Below, piece by piece: positions 12,708 through 25,483 of a stretch of 64,000 bases of DNA. Every line of letters begins with the position of its first letter. The stretch's first letter is position 1. Where the stretch lies: NCBI RefSeq assembly GCF_963506605.1, contig NC_083288.1, positions 29,140,001 through 29,204,000 of the forward strand, given 5' to 3'. The notes below the pieces were generated by a model. It did no database searches, had not been told where the DNA came from, and worked only from the letters and a program-made list of their open reading frames with translations. The DNA is from Zootoca vivipara (Eukaryota). Position numbers and translations under genes: made by a program.

Positions 12708-13451
12708 GTGTGACAATACCCAAATCCCTCCAGGAGTAAATAAAGACACAGGACACGTTGAATAAGGTTAATGGGCATAAAAAGCCACAACTTTATTGAT
12801 TACGGGTGTAGAGAGGTATTGGCTTAGGCATTGGAACTAACCAACTATATCCGACTCCAGCCCGTTGTGCTGGCAGTCTGTGAAGGGTTAACCACCGTTG
12901 GGTGAGCCCTGCGCCGCAGATCAGCTACGAACTCACCCTGGGGCCACCGAAAGGGGGCGTGCCTTAGGCCCTCACCTTCCACAGCTTCAGAAATGGCCAG
13001 GCCCCCAGACTCCTTAAGGGAGTACCCTTCAGCATTTTGGGGGAGGTGATGGCAGCAACCTCCCTCCCACCGTAACCTTTCAGAGATAATCCAATGCCTA
13101 ACCACCAGAACCAAAGTTGTGACGAGTTGCTATGAGGTAGGCGAAAACCACTCGGCCAGAGCCAATTTGCCAAGTGGAAAAATTCCTACCAGGCCAACTA
13201 AGGTCAGCAGCAATGTCAAAAGGAAAGCCCTGCCTAAAGGGAGGGTGGGCGGGAAAACCGAAGCTGCTGGGGGCAGGAACCAAGAGACTGAGCCCCAGCT
13301 GTGTGCTCACTTAAGTCAGTGAGCCACGCCCCCCAGGGTGTCTACCGTGCCCAGGGCACAGACAATGGCTGGGGGGATGAAAGCCATCCCCCCAGCGCAT
13401 GAAGGGCTTGTGGGTGCCCGCAACCTCCCCTCCTGCTATCCCGGAAGGGAC
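12708..13451 (-). mobile_element. LTR-like solo repeat, TTT-bounded family (putative tyrosine-recombinase/Ngaro-like), copy 1
   Basis: Homologous to 27677, ~29441, 36077 and 43674; AATAAA on the minus strand near 12795; bounded by gtt / ttt. Confidence 0.7.
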
Positions 13452-13877
13452 TTTGGGCTACTGTTGCTCTCCCTGAGCCTAGCAAAGGGAAAAACAAGGC
13501 TTTGAAATAGTGTTCTATGCCAGGTTTCCATGTCATCTGGCTGAGCTCAATGGGCTTAGGACCTAGTCTAATTCACCCTTCTCCGGTCTCACCCCAATAA
13601 TGCCTCTTCTAGGGACTTACAATGGCTTCATCTCAGCCAACTTCACCCAAGCCCCTGCTGTATCAGAACGAGCAAGTTACACTGGCATGTATTCAGCTGA
13701 GTTTGGCTTGGGACATAAGACCAGCTGAGCCCCCCCTGAGCTGGGAATCAGCCCCCTGAGGTAGAGATATGTTGCATCTGAAGCTGCACATCCTGGCAGA
13801 TCTTACCATAGGCTTGACTCCTGTTTCTTTACTGGAGAATCTCTGCTGCCTTGCAGGATATCCTTGGGAGAAGAAAT

Positions 13878-14165
13878 GACTAAGGAGTAAACCCTACATT
13901 AATCTGGACTGGAGTCCCTAAAATGCTTGGATGGTGCCTTGGACACCTCCTTCTGGCAACTCCTGCAGCCAAGCTGGTGCCAAATATATTGTTGTGCTTT
14001 CTTTTGGACCACATTAGTCTTATCATCTGGGCAGCCCAAGACCCCCCCCCACACACACACTGCTCAGGCTTGTGCCTTGGGGTGGTCACTGTTAGCACAA
14101 CAGTTTCACTTCACTCTTGGAAGCACAGTTCATTGTCTCTTGAGACAGATGGATGCCAACAACTC
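13878..14165. repeat. Unclassified interspersed repeat
   Basis: Homologous to 61360-61800 (taaaccctac...ctgcagcca.gctggtgcc...atctgggcagccca). Confidence 0.6.
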
Positions 14166-14794
14166 TCATATCTAATGTAGTCCTGACAAGAACAAATTGG
14201 GTCAATCATTGGCCACCCGATTTGCCTCTTTTCCAACTTCCAAAGCCGTCCCCTATACCTTGATTCCATGGCCGCTGATTAGAAGACAATACTCCATGGT
14301 CTGCTACAGTACTTATCATGGGTTATGTCAGTGACCCCGAGGGGCTGAGGTAGAAGATCTTCCAGATGTTTTGGGACTACAACTCCCAATATCCCTGACC
14401 ACTGGTCCTGTTAGCTAGGGATGCCGAGAGCTGTAGTCCCAAAACATCTGGAGGGCTGAGTTTGCCTATGCCTGCTTTAGAACAATGGTGGAGTACCTGT
14501 GTTCTCTAGAGGTTGTAGGATTCCAGGTCCCAGCATCCATGAATTATGGCCAGTGAATGTGGTCCTATGAAATGGGGAATGACCACAAATAGTAGAGGTC
14601 CTGTTGCACCTCCTTTCAGAGGGCCAGGGACCACCAATTGTGGAAAGGATCCCAAAGAGGTTTTATTCCTTTATTTAGATTTATAAATCTGCCTTTCATC
14701 ACATGGAGATTTCAACAGAATGCGAACATAAACATAAAAAACCACTAATTACATCAACCAATTACCAGTATTTTTTGTTTTAATTTTTTTTAAA

Positions 14795-15007
14795 AAAACC
14801 CATTAAAATGCACAATAATAGTTTCAAATATAACAGGTAACTCTCAAATGCCTACTGGCCACAATGCCTATCCTTCTCTAAAAGCCAGAAGTAAAAGGAT
14901 AAAAACCCATTAAAAATGCACAATAATAGTTTCAAATATAACAGGTAACTCTCAAATGCCTACTGGCCACAATGCCTATCCTTCTCTGAAAGCCAGAAGT
15001 AAAAGGA
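14795..15007. repeat. Tandem duplication of ~107 bp (2 copies)
   Basis: aaaacccattaaaatgcac...gtaaaagga occurs twice, with about 2 differences. Confidence 0.9.
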
Positions 15008-15701
15008 GCATATTTAACTAACATCAGAAATCAGTGTCAGATGCATTTTCAAGGAGAGGACAATCCAGAAAGTAATACACAACCACAAAGAAGGCCCTTT
15101 CTTGCATCTCTCCACCATACAGTGGAATCAAAAGAAGGTCTCTCCCGACAGTTTTAAAGTCTTTTTGTGATATTGTCCTTTATATCATTGGATTTTATTT
15201 TTACTTGTAAGCCACATACTGTATAGAACAATTTGTATTGCTAAAAGTGAGGGATCATAAAGGAGTTACAAATAAATGAATAAATAGTGTTGGAAGGCTT
15301 TGATGCTGCAGTTCCCAACTTCAACTCAAGTTGCTTCATAGTTAATTGCTCATTGGGGACCAGCATCTGTCCAACAACTCAATTAGTTGTTGTTTTTTCC
15401 TGGGAGGAATTCAAATGTTCTTAAATGTCTTCCATGCTGAAACTATTTTCTTTCTCCAAAAGGGTTGCACACCTGTGAAGGTAAGAAGTGGTGGGAGGAA
15501 TGAGATGGGATTCAACTGAGAGAACTTTATTCTTCTTACTTTTTTAAATAGTTGCTGCTTCCTTTCTAGTTCTAACTGGAATAATATCTGAAAACCTTTT
15601 ATTACTGTGCATTTTACACACATACATAGTATGTTCTCAAACTGCAGTGGGTTATTCCAGTAGTAACCAGTCAAAAAGCATTCTGTGGACACCGAACATG
15701 C

Positions 15702-15911
15702 NNNNNNNNNNNNNNNNNNNNNNNNNNNNNNNNNNNNNNNNNNNNNNNNNNNNNNNNNNNNNNNNNNNNNNNNNNNNNNNNNNNNNNNNNNNNNNNNNNN
15801 NNNNNNNNNNNNNNNNNNNNNNNNNNNNNNNNNNNNNNNNNNNNNNNNNNNNNNNNNNNNNNNNNNNNNNNNNNNNNNNNNNNNNNNNNNNNNNNNNNNN
15901 NNNNNNNNNNN
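15702..15911. other. Assembly gap (N run)
   Basis: N run. Confidence 1.
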
Positions 15912-17476
15912 TTTCTTGGCAATGCAGAAGCCCACATTTGCACCTCCTGCCCCACCCCCACACACCCAAAAATGCTGAAAAGAGAAGGTGTTTTTTTTTA
16001 AAGTGGTTCCTGTAGATGTATGTTTGTGAGTGAGTGACTGAATGACTGAGTGAGTGGGATAGACAGATACAAAGAGTTTGGAAAACACACAGCACTACTG
16101 TGGCCCATACAATATACTGCCACCAGTATTTTAGAACACTGTTGCCATCAAAACCAGGCACCAACAATTTTGACATTGTGCCCTGAAAATGTTTTTGTTT
16201 CACAAAACGTTTTTTAGAGAATTAATTCTATTTGTTATTAGTAACTCAGATCTGAATTTTTTTGCTGTTTTGTTTAAACTATTTTATTATATTTTATTCT
16301 ATTATTGGTGTAAACTAGAACAATATTTTACCTATTAGTTGGAGGCTTATAAATACTGTCATAAAGGTAAAACATTATCCTCGGTCCTAACGTTCCTATT
16401 GTAAATCATCTCATGCTTGCCATATAACTTATGTTTCAGACTTTTTCCCGTATTGTATGTATATGCTCCAAGGGATGTCCATTTATTTTTACCTGGTCAA
16501 CATTATTATTTTTTAACAGCACAACAAATCCTCCAATGGGGACTGGGTGATGATAGCCTTGCATTGTTATGTATTGAGGAAAATACTAAAGTTGTGGCAG
16601 TGCTTTTTCTCAGCTAGAGAGTGCCAGAGTGCACTTCTGGCACCTCTCAGGTACTGGTGCAACTGCAGGCCGGTACTCCTCCCTCCCACTTTGTGCTGTT
16701 ATGTACTTCTGAGAAACCCCAAACAAACATTTCAACTCAAAACAGAAGTTGGCCAGCGTGTGCGAGTCTACGCTTCTTCTTCTAGATCTATGACTCTACC
16801 TAGCTCTTAACCACTCCTAGCCATGCTTGGTCAAGCTTTGGGACTGCACCAATTTGTATTTCCTTTTCTTCAGTCTGTCTCCTGTGTAGCAGCAGCAGGC
16901 TTTAAGCTTTCCAGCCAGGCCTCTTCCATTGCAGGTATGTGTGTTTGTGCAAGGGCCCTTCCAAGCTGCTCTAGCCATCTGCCTGAATCGAATAGAACAA
17001 TGGAGGCCGGGGCACATCTATTTATTCTGTCCCATAAGCAGAAGTGACCCACATACCAGCTAGGGAGAGAACTTGCTATAGTTTTAAGCACCTATGCGGG
17101 TGGTGAATTCAGCTGCTGTCAAACCAGCATCTGTTCAGGACTGCCTCATGTTGCCCCATTTCGTGGTTAGTTCCGGAACCTATTTTTCTTTTTAAAAAAC
17201 CTCTGAGTGTTGGTAAACTGGCTCTAGGAATTGGGGAGAGAGAAGGATGAGTTATTAGTCTCATGAATGCTAAGCGATAAATACTACCTTTCCTAACTTG
17301 CAAAATTACTTTTCAAATATTTTTATTGATTTTCTTCCTAAAGGTTAAATAATAATACATATACAAGAGCAAAGGAAACCATCCTGTTTTCTATTTTTTC
17401 TTTCTTTTTAGAGTCCACACTGAACTTTTCACACTGCGACTCTGTTCTCATTCTCTTCGCACAAAAACATATCTCC

Positions 17477-18415
17477 ATGATGGGACAACACAATCAAACA
17501 AATGTCAAAGAGTTTGTTTTTGTGGGATTCTCCAGGGAGCAAAACATAAATTTGTGTCTCTTCGTAGTGTTTCTCTCCATGTACCTTGTCACCCTGACAG
17601 GCAACACACTCATCATTGTGGCTATCCGTATTGACCCACGGCTCAGCACACCCATGTACTTTTTCCTGAGCAATTTGTCTTTCCTGGACATCTGTTATAC
17701 GACTAGTGTGGTGCCCCAGCTGTTGGTCCATTCCCTGACTAGTCACAAGGTCATCTCTTTCAGCCGTTGCATGGCGCAGCTCTACATCTCTTTGTCCCTG
17801 GGTGGTATTGAGTTTATCCTGCTAGCAGCCATGGCCTATGACAGATATGTGGCTATCTGCTATCCCTTGCATTACATGACGATCATGAGCAGACAAGTGT
17901 ATATCCAGATGGCAATGGCTTCGTGGATGGGCGGCTTCCTCAATGCTCTGGTGCAGACGGTATTTACTATGCATCTTCAGTTCTGTAGCTTCAACACCAT
18001 CAACCATTTTGCCTGTGAACTCCTGGCTGTTATAAAAGTGGCTTGTTCCAACACGTTTGTCAACGAGATTGTGATTGTAGTGGCAGGAGTCATTGTCCTG
18101 TTGATTCCCTGTGTTGTTGTGCTGCTCTCCTATGTCTATATAATCCGTGCCATCTTGCGAATTCGCTCTTCAGAAGGTCGGCAGAGAGCCTTCTCTACAT
18201 GTACCTCTCATCTGACTGTGGTCACTCTCTGCTATGGCACAGCAATCTTTGCTTACATGAGTCCCAAAGCCAACACTTCACCCAACCAAGACAAGATGGT
18301 ATCAATATTCTATGCAGTGGTTACTCCCATGCTCAACCCTATCATATACAGTCTGAGGAACAAGGAAGTAAAAGGGGCCCTATCTAAAGCAGTAAGGAAA
18401 GGTATCACCACTTAA
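17477..18415 (+). CDS. Olfactory receptor, intact, 312 aa
   Basis: STPMYFFLSNL, MAYDRYVAICYPLHY, RAFSTCTSHL, PMLNPIIYSLRNKEV; polypyrimidine-AG acceptor near 17410. Confidence 0.97.
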   Translation: MMGQHNQTNVKEFVFVGFSREQNINLCLFVVFLSMYLVTLTGNTLIIVAIRIDPRLSTPMYFFLSNLSFLDICYTTSVVPQLLVHSLTSHKVISFSRCMAQLYISLSLGGIEFILLAAMAYDRYVAICYPLHYMTIMSRQVYIQMAMASWMGGFLNALVQTVFTMHLQFCSFNTINHFACELLAVIKVACSNTFVNEIVIVVAGVIVLLIPCVVVLLSYVYIIRAILRIRSSEGRQRAFSTCTSHLTVVTLCYGTAIFAYMSPKANTSPNQDKMVSIFYAVVTPMLNPIIYSLRNKEVKGALSKAVRKGITT

Positions 18416-18631
18416 AGGCATTGACTCATTATTGGATTGTAATGGGGTCTTAAAGTGCACAGTAGTGCTTGATTTGGGGGCTGTGGGTTGATTGCCTTAT
18501 GCATTCCTATCACTAAGGCTGCAATTGTATCCACACTTATTACTAAGCAAATCTTATTCAAATCAGTGTGTCTTACTTCTGAGTAAATATGCATAGGATT
18601 GAGGTGTGGCAGGAGTCATTCAGTACTTGAT

Positions 18632-18961
18632 GACGCAGGTGGCACTGTGGGTTAAACCACAGAGCCTAGGGCTTGCTGATCAGAAGGTCAGCAGTTCGAA
18701 TCCCTGCGACAGGGTGAGCTCCTGTTGCTTGGTCCCAGCTCCTGCCAACCTAGCAGTCAAAGTGCAAGTAGATAAATAGGTACCACTCCAAGCGGGAAGG
18801 TAAACGGTGTTTCCGTGTGCTGCTCTGGTTCGCCAGAAGCAGCTTTGTCATGCTGCCCACATGACCTGGAAGCTGTATGCTGGCTCCCTCGGCCAATAAC
18901 GCGATATGAGCGCCGCAACCCCAGAGTCACTCATGACTGGACCTAATGGTCAGGGGTCCCT
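18632..18961 (+). mobile_element. Sauria SINE
   Basis: Homologous to 3026-3379; TSD tacttgatga. Confidence 0.9.
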
Positions 18962-20523
18962 TACTTGATGATAAATAGCTGGATGTGTTCACTGAATCCA
19001 CAAGAAAAGGATTGAATCCTGATTTTTTTAACAACCAAAAAACCCCATAGATTCCCTCCACCTTTCCCTGCTACCATGCTCATACCATAAGTTTGGTTGG
19101 GGTGCCCCTGTGCAATGTGAGATGGGATGAGTGGAGCTGCTGAAGTGGAACTTTGGTTAACTTCCTTAAGTAAACTTATTTTATGATTCAGGTCTTTGTG
19201 TTTTGTGGTGATATGTGGTTATATCTGTGGTGTCTTATTCACATATGCAACCTATCACTTACTTTCTACTCAAGTGAGAAACTTGCAAGTTTGAACCTGA
19301 TCCTAGATCCAGCCCACTGCATAGCCTGGACACAGATTGGGTAGTGTCTTGGTTGCCAATATCTCTCAGCCAAACTTACCTTAATGTATTTTTATGATAA
19401 GAAAGCAGTGTACAGAAGGAGAAGAAGGGACTTACAAGTGGGCATACACAACAAATGAGTGCATTGTAATTTAGCAAATCTGTTCCTATTCTATTTAGCC
19501 CGGAACAGTTTGTTTGGGCCTCGCTGGGGGAGAGGGGGTTGCAGGTGGAGAGAGAAAAAGGAATATATCTGTTAATGTATTTCCAACCATCCTAAAACTT
19601 TCTACTCTTGCACAAAAAAGACTTGTGGTTTGGGACTGACTGTACCCTTGTTATAAATTGTCTGTTGGGTTTTAAAGAGTGGGAAAGGAGGAAACTATAT
19701 TTTTACCTTTCATCCCTCCCGGAATCAACTTGCACAGTGCAGGGATTGCACTGAGTGTGCCCAGCTGCCCCAATCCACCTTCCAGTGAATAGAAAAACAA
19801 AGACATTACTAAAAACTTAAGATGGGTTGGGAAACTAATGCACTCCAGAGACTGATGGATTCCAGTCCCCACAAACTATTGCATGTTTTATAGCTGGGAA
19901 TTTTGCTGAGTATACAGTACATAAATCATTGTCCTGTTTCTTTTTTCAAACTATGAGGTCTAGAACCACCCAAATTTTGTAACAGATGATCAACATGGCA
20001 ATAATATTCCACTTATTTACACTTGGTAAGCAGGAAAAGGTTGAAGGGAGGTATGCAATATCCCATCACAATCACAACACTTGAGATCGGTTTTGTGGTC
20101 GCATTGTAATTTCCTCAACATGTTTTAAATATATATATTTTCCTTATGTTGAAGAATCATTTTTTAAAAATGCCATATGCTGAGAAAGTGTATTAAAAAT
20201 ATGGGGTAACAGTGAAACTCTCTCCCCCCCTCTCCCCCCCCTCACTCTCTGTGTGTGTAAGCAGAGGACAGCATGGCAGGCACCTTAAATATGTGGGGAG
20301 AGGAACAATTAGACAAAAATATGAAAAAGGAAAGTCAGGCATAGGCTACGTAAACTGCAAATGAATGAATGAATGAATGAATGAATGTTTATAATGGTAC
20401 ATAAATACTGTAAAGAAATACGTAATAAATAAACACATTTATAACTGGAATATAACGCTTGATCACCTAACTTTCCTGCAAACAAATCAGAATAAATAGG
20501 GAATAAATAACAGATTTAATCTA

Positions 20524-20866
20524 GTTACAGGTAGGTAGCCGTGTTGGTCTGACGTAGTTGAAACAAAATAAAAATAAATCCTTCCAGCAGCACCTTAAAG
20601 ACCAACTAAGTTTTTATTTTGGTATGAGCTTTCGTGTGCATGCACTCTTCTTCAGAAGTTGATGGACTTCCATTTCATGCGGCTCAATGTGGTGCCTTCC
20701 ATAGTTCTAGTTACAGGTAGGTAGCCATGTTGGTCTGACATAGTCGAAACAAAATAAAAAAAAAATTCCTTCCAGCAGCACCTTAAAGACCAACTAAGTA
20801 TTTATTTTGGTATGAGCTTTCATACCATAATAAAAACTTAGTTGGTCTTTAAAGTGCTGCTGGAAG
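20524..20866 (-). mobile_element. Penelope-like element end: two tandem pLTR segments plus an inverted segment
   Basis: gttacaggtaggtagcc...ggtatgagcttt occurs twice, then an inverted copy at 20821-20866; 12-bp TSD agatttaatcta (20512-20523 and 20867-20878); empty paralogous site near 31750-31795. Confidence 0.8.
20622..20655 (-). ncRNA. Degenerate minimal hammerhead ribozyme motif (PLE-type)
   Basis: Minus strand reads CUGAAGA-agagugcaugcacac-GAAA-GCUC-auac; stem II has one mismatch and the 5' arm of stem I is lost. Confidence 0.6.
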
Positions 20867-21689
20867 AGATTTAATCTAATCTGCCTCTAAACAAATCAGC
20901 ATGATTGCTAAGTACTGAGGCTGTCTGGAAGTGACCTAAGTGTTGGAAGAACACATTCCTTGGCATGTGACGTGGCATTGCCACCAAACAGGGCTTCCTA
21001 CCTGTTTGTGTGCTTAGATACACATTTCTTTTCTTTGGAGTTATCTGTAGGAACACACTCTTGCGTATGCGATTGTCACAAATAGTGTGAGGTGGCCTTG
21101 AACAAGTCATGGAAGATGTAGACATAAAAAGGTGTTATGCATGAGGTGCTGGGAGTTTATATTCTTAATTTTAACCCCCCCTACCATTGGATCCTAAGAA
21201 ACATTGCATTGAAGCATAAAGTTGCAGATGGGGAGAGTGCTGTTGCAGTCAGTTTCTGTTTGAAGGCTCCCCAAGGATATCTGGCTGGCCACTAGGTGGG
21301 TCTTTGGTCTAATTCAACAGCACTCTTATTTTGTTCAATTGTTTGTTTTTTGATAAGAAACACTTCAAGTCATCATTTTGGAACACAATTCCCCACACAT
21401 GTACACTTAACGTAACACCATAAGAAGAGTCTTCTATTGGCTAATCTTGTCCAGCAATTTGTTCTTACAGTGACCAGCAAAATGCCTTTGGAAAACCCCA
21501 AAATGGGCCTGAGTACAATAGCACTCTCCCCAAAACAACTGATACTCAGAGACATACTGCCTCCATCAGTGGGGGTAAAACAGAACCATGTGGTCCCTGA
21601 ATTTGTCTAATCCTCCATTAAATCCACTTCAGGGGGAACAATCCCCCTGAAAGCCTCTGACACAAGCCCCATGGGAACGGTACAAGTGC

Positions 21690-21779
21690 CATAGCTGCCA
21701 AGTTATCCCTTTTTTAAAGGGATTTTCCCTTATGCTGAATAGGCTTCCTCGCGAGAAAAGGGAAAACTTGGCAGCTATG
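21690..21779. mobile_element. 90-bp hAT MITE
   Basis: 15-bp TIR catagctgccaagtt / aacttggcagctatg; 8-bp TSD acaagtgc. Confidence 0.9.
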
Positions 21780-21826
21780 ACAAGTGCATTACTGAAGAGT
21801 GAACTACCGCTGGATTGTATTATGGA

Positions 21827-22171
21827 TGGGAAAAGGTAAAGGGACCCCTGACCATTAGGTCCAGTCGTGACCGACTCTGGGGTTGCGGTGCTCATCTTGC
21901 GTTATTGGCTGAGGGAGCTTCCAGGTCATGTGGCCAGCATGACAAAGCCGCTTCTGGCAAACCAGAGCAGCACACGGAAACACCGTTTACCTTCCCATCG
22001 GAGCGGTACCTATTTATCTACTGGCACTTTGATGTGCTTTCAAACTGCTAGGTTGGCAGGAGCTGGGACTGAGCAACGGGAGCTCACCCCGTTGCAGGGA
22101 TTCAAACTGCCGACCTTCTGATCGGCAAGCCCTAGGCACTGTGGTTTAACCCACAGTGCCACCTGCGTCCC
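21827..22171 (-). mobile_element. Sauria SINE
   Basis: Homologous to 3026-3379; TSD tgtattatgga. Confidence 0.9.
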
Positions 22172-22344
22172 TGTATTATGGAAATGTTCATCCAATAAGA
22201 AATTCAAATCATCATCATCATCATCCACCCCTCTGACTGGGGCTGGATCTAGACACATGAAAGAAGAATTTCAGCTTAAAGTGTTGTAAATTTAAACAGG
22301 GAAAACAGGTAGAGAAAAATGGGACTCCACATACAATGTTATAT

Positions 22345-22578
22345 CAGGCATGTCCAACTCCCAAGGGACTGTGATCTACTCACAGTATAAAAAGACCGGC
22401 TGTGATCTACCCACTAGCATTGCTAAGAGTTGCTGAGCTTTTTTTAGGGAAGACTTGACCAAAGTTGTTGAGATATACATATATACATATAATAATAATA
22501 AACACACAAAGGCAATCACTATCTTGATAATGCGATCAACCAAAGACACCTCCGCGATCGACCTGTTAGACATGCCTG
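22345..22578. mobile_element. hAT-like MITE
   Basis: TIR caggcatgtccaac / gttagacatgcctg; TSD not clear. Confidence 0.65.
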
Positions 22579-22905
22579 GCAAATACAACACATATTAATC
22601 ATTTTTTCTTTACCAGTCTAGCTGAGTTCTGCATTTCCCAAACAGATTATGAAACCACAGTGAAACACCACGAATTTAAAACTTCCCCATATAGGGCTGC
22701 CTGTATATAATAGTTAAAGTATCAGGAAAGACAGATTTGGGTAACACATAAAATGCTATTTGTTGTTTCAACACCATGCACTACTTGGGCCCAACAGTTC
22801 CTGTAAGTATCTTCTGTGACATTTATTAGCAATGGATTCAAGATGGTGTCAATGAAGTGGCTTTAGATACCAAATCTACACACACAACCCTTCCAAAGGT
22901 GAGAT

Positions 22906-23835
22906 TCAGCTGACTTTCCCCATCACTTTGAACAAGGCCCCTTTAACATCCTTGTTCCTCAGGCTATAGATGACAGGGTTCAGCATAGGGGAGAAAAGAA
23001 TATAGAAAATGGAAGCTTTCTTCTCCTGCTCCGCAGCACGTTCAGACTGAGGCTGCAAGTAAGTGAAGCTGATGGTGCTGTAGTACAATGTGACAACAGT
23101 GAGGTGGGTAGCACAGGTGGAGAAAGCTCGTTGTCGTCCCGTTGCTGAGTGCATGCTGAACACCACCCTGGCAATGTGGATGTAGGAGATCACTATAAAA
23201 GTGAAAGGCAACATGAGCACAATGACACTCAGGGCAAATATAAGGACTTTTACTATATAGGTGTCCATGCAAGCCAGCTGCAACACGGCAGGCTCCTCGC
23301 AAAAGAAATGGTTGATTCGGTTGGGCCCACAGAAGGGGAAATTTATGGTGACAACTGTCAGTGCTGCAGCATTGAAGAAGCCTCCTAGCCAACAGGCTCC
23401 TGCCATCTGGATACACACTTGCATCCGCATGATGGTTGGGTACCGCAGTGGTTGACATATGGCCACATAGCGGTCATATGCCATGAGAGCCAGGATGAAG
23501 CACTCAGTCATCCCACAGAACAGCATCAGGTTGAGCTGAGCCATGCATCTGTTGAAAGAGATATTACTGGTTCTGGAGGCCATATGGAACAGCATCTGGG
23601 GGAAGATGATTTGTGTGCCAAATATGTCCAGGAAAGAAAGGTTAGCAATGAAAAAGTACATTCCTGTATGAAGGCGGGAGTCAACCCAGACCAAGAAGAT
23701 GATGAGGCTGTTGCCAAATAAAGTGATGAGATATATGGCTAGGCACAGTGTCAACAAGATACGTTGCAATGTTGGATGACTGGTGAAGCCAAGAAGAATG
23801 AATTCATTCACGGAGGTCTCATTATGAATCCACAT
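22906..23835 (-). CDS. Olfactory receptor, intact, 309 aa (paralog of 32344-33273)
   Basis: LHTGMYFF, MAYDRYVAICQPLRY, RAFSTCATHL, PMLNPVIYSLRNKDV; acceptor cattgcag about 20 nt upstream of the ATG. Confidence 0.97.
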   Translation of the reverse strand: MWIHNETSVNEFILLGFTSHPTLQRILLTLCLAIYLITLFGNSLIIFLVWVDSRLHTGMYFFIANLSFLDIFGTQIIFPQMLFHMASRTSNISFNRCMAQLNLMLFCGMTECFILALMAYDRYVAICQPLRYPTIMRMQVCIQMAGACWLGGFFNAAALTVVTINFPFCGPNRINHFFCEEPAVLQLACMDTYIVKVLIFALSVIVLMLPFTFIVISYIHIARVVFSMHSATGRQRAFSTCATHLTVVTLYYSTISFTYLQPQSERAAEQEKKASIFYILFSPMLNPVIYSLRNKDVKGALFKVMGKVS

Positions 23836-24380
23836 ATCACCCCAAAGACTCCACCTGCAATGATAAGTGCATCTATAATTGGTGTACTGATTGAAATGTC
23901 ACATCACTAAGCAATCACTCAAACATGCAGATGCCACCTAGCTTCAATATCACGTGGTATGGTTCACTGTCCATACAGTTTTGTTCTTTTTCTGCTCTAT
24001 TTGGAGTCAGCTTGTTTGTTCTCCCCATCTCTGTTATTTCTCCTTGTCAAAACTGCTTTTTAAAACAAAACACAAACACAGTATTTGTTCATCCCACCAT
24101 CAATCAAACTTCTTATGTTGTTTAAAACTGTGCCACTTTCCTCCCTGGATCCCCCCACAGTCACTTTATTCAAACTTTTTGCCATTGTTAAAAACAGCCA
24201 CTTCCCCCCTTTCATTATTCCCACACCCTTGCTTTACTCAAACATCTACCGGTACCTTGGTTTTGTTTGCCTCACCTCCCTCAACTCAGAGAGATAATGT
24301 ATATGGAGTCCTCAAATATTTTGTGGTAGCTTTCCACAATTTATTTCTGATCTGGTAACATTCAGCATTATAGTGTTCAG

Positions 24381-24700
24381 TAGGGGTCAGCAACCTTTTT
24401 CAGCCGTGGGCCGGTCCACTGTCCCTCAGACCATGTGGTGGGCCGGAGTATATTTTGGTGAAAAAAATGAACGAATTCCTATGCCCCACAAATAACCCAG
24501 AGATGCATTTTAGATAAAAGCACACATTATACTAATGTAAAAACACCAGGCAGGCCCCACAAATTACCCACAGATGCATTTTAAATAAAAGGATACATTC
24601 TACTCATGTAAAAACATGCTGATTCCTGGACCGTCCATGGGCCGGATTAACAAGGAATTGGGCCGCATCTGGCCCATGGGCCTTAGGTTGCTTACCCCTG
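24381..24700. mobile_element. hAT MITE
   Basis: 8-bp TSD gtgttcag; homologous to 7507-7831. Confidence 0.85.
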
Positions 24701-25483
24701 GTGTTCAGTGTAGAAATTTAAAGGATTGATCAGTTTGTGTATACTAATGAAGACTCTAGTACCAAGTGCATATTTTGAAGGATTTACATAATAAGTGAGT
24801 CACAGTGTCATATCGTTCTGACATCGTTTTTTGTGAGGCAATAGTAATGGCAACAAAATGTAAAATAAAATAAAATGTCGCAGCACAATTAATATGTGCT
24901 CCCTTTTTCTACATTAAATGCATAGAATCATAATTTTATGTTGTTAATTATTATAAGCATTTGCTCTTAAATGAATAGGTTTTTTTTTTTTTACTGACTT
25001 ACTGATTCATGAGTTTTCACATCCACTCCTTCATGGAAATTTTTTTCACATCTGTTGGCAATCTTATTTTCTTAATAATAAATGCACTGACCTAGTAATT
25101 TTTCAAAGCATCACCTTTTGAGATTGCCTGCAAATATTCTATTGCATTTGAATTGGTTCAGAGCTCACTCATTTGCTGATTTACAGGCTACAAGCAATAG
25201 TTTTGTCTTTTTAAAGCTACCTTGCAATCCATGTATATTCATTTTACCTAAAGATGCCTCCAATAACCTTTTAAATCCACAAATTGAACTTCAAGATAGA
25301 AATCAAATTATGAGGGATAATGTGCAAGCACATTTGTAGATTATGTAATTTTGTTTCACTACATCTTTCTCACTGTATGCAACAGGTAACTCTTGGGAAG
25401 ATTGACACTGGGACCTTCTGCATGCTGAGCTATGTCTCTTCCTTATATGCACCAGTTAGCATGATCAGAGATGATGGAAATTA

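Noticed and set aside
15411-16203. Long ORFs spanning N runs (also at 38.0k, 57.4k and 60.0k)
   Set aside because: Artefacts of assembly gaps
19180-19225. Plus-strand ttatgattcaggt...ggtgatatgtgg resembling the acceptor and start of the 22.9k/32.3k ORs
   Set aside because: Match is too short and no OR-like codons follow; cannot be distinguished from chance by eye
22980-23721. Overlapping alternative-frame ORFs repeated at 32.4-33.2k (similar cases at 38.7k/44.8k and 58.7k/63.5k)
   Set aside because: Their conservation is a by-product of near-identical OR paralogs; no independent evidence of coding
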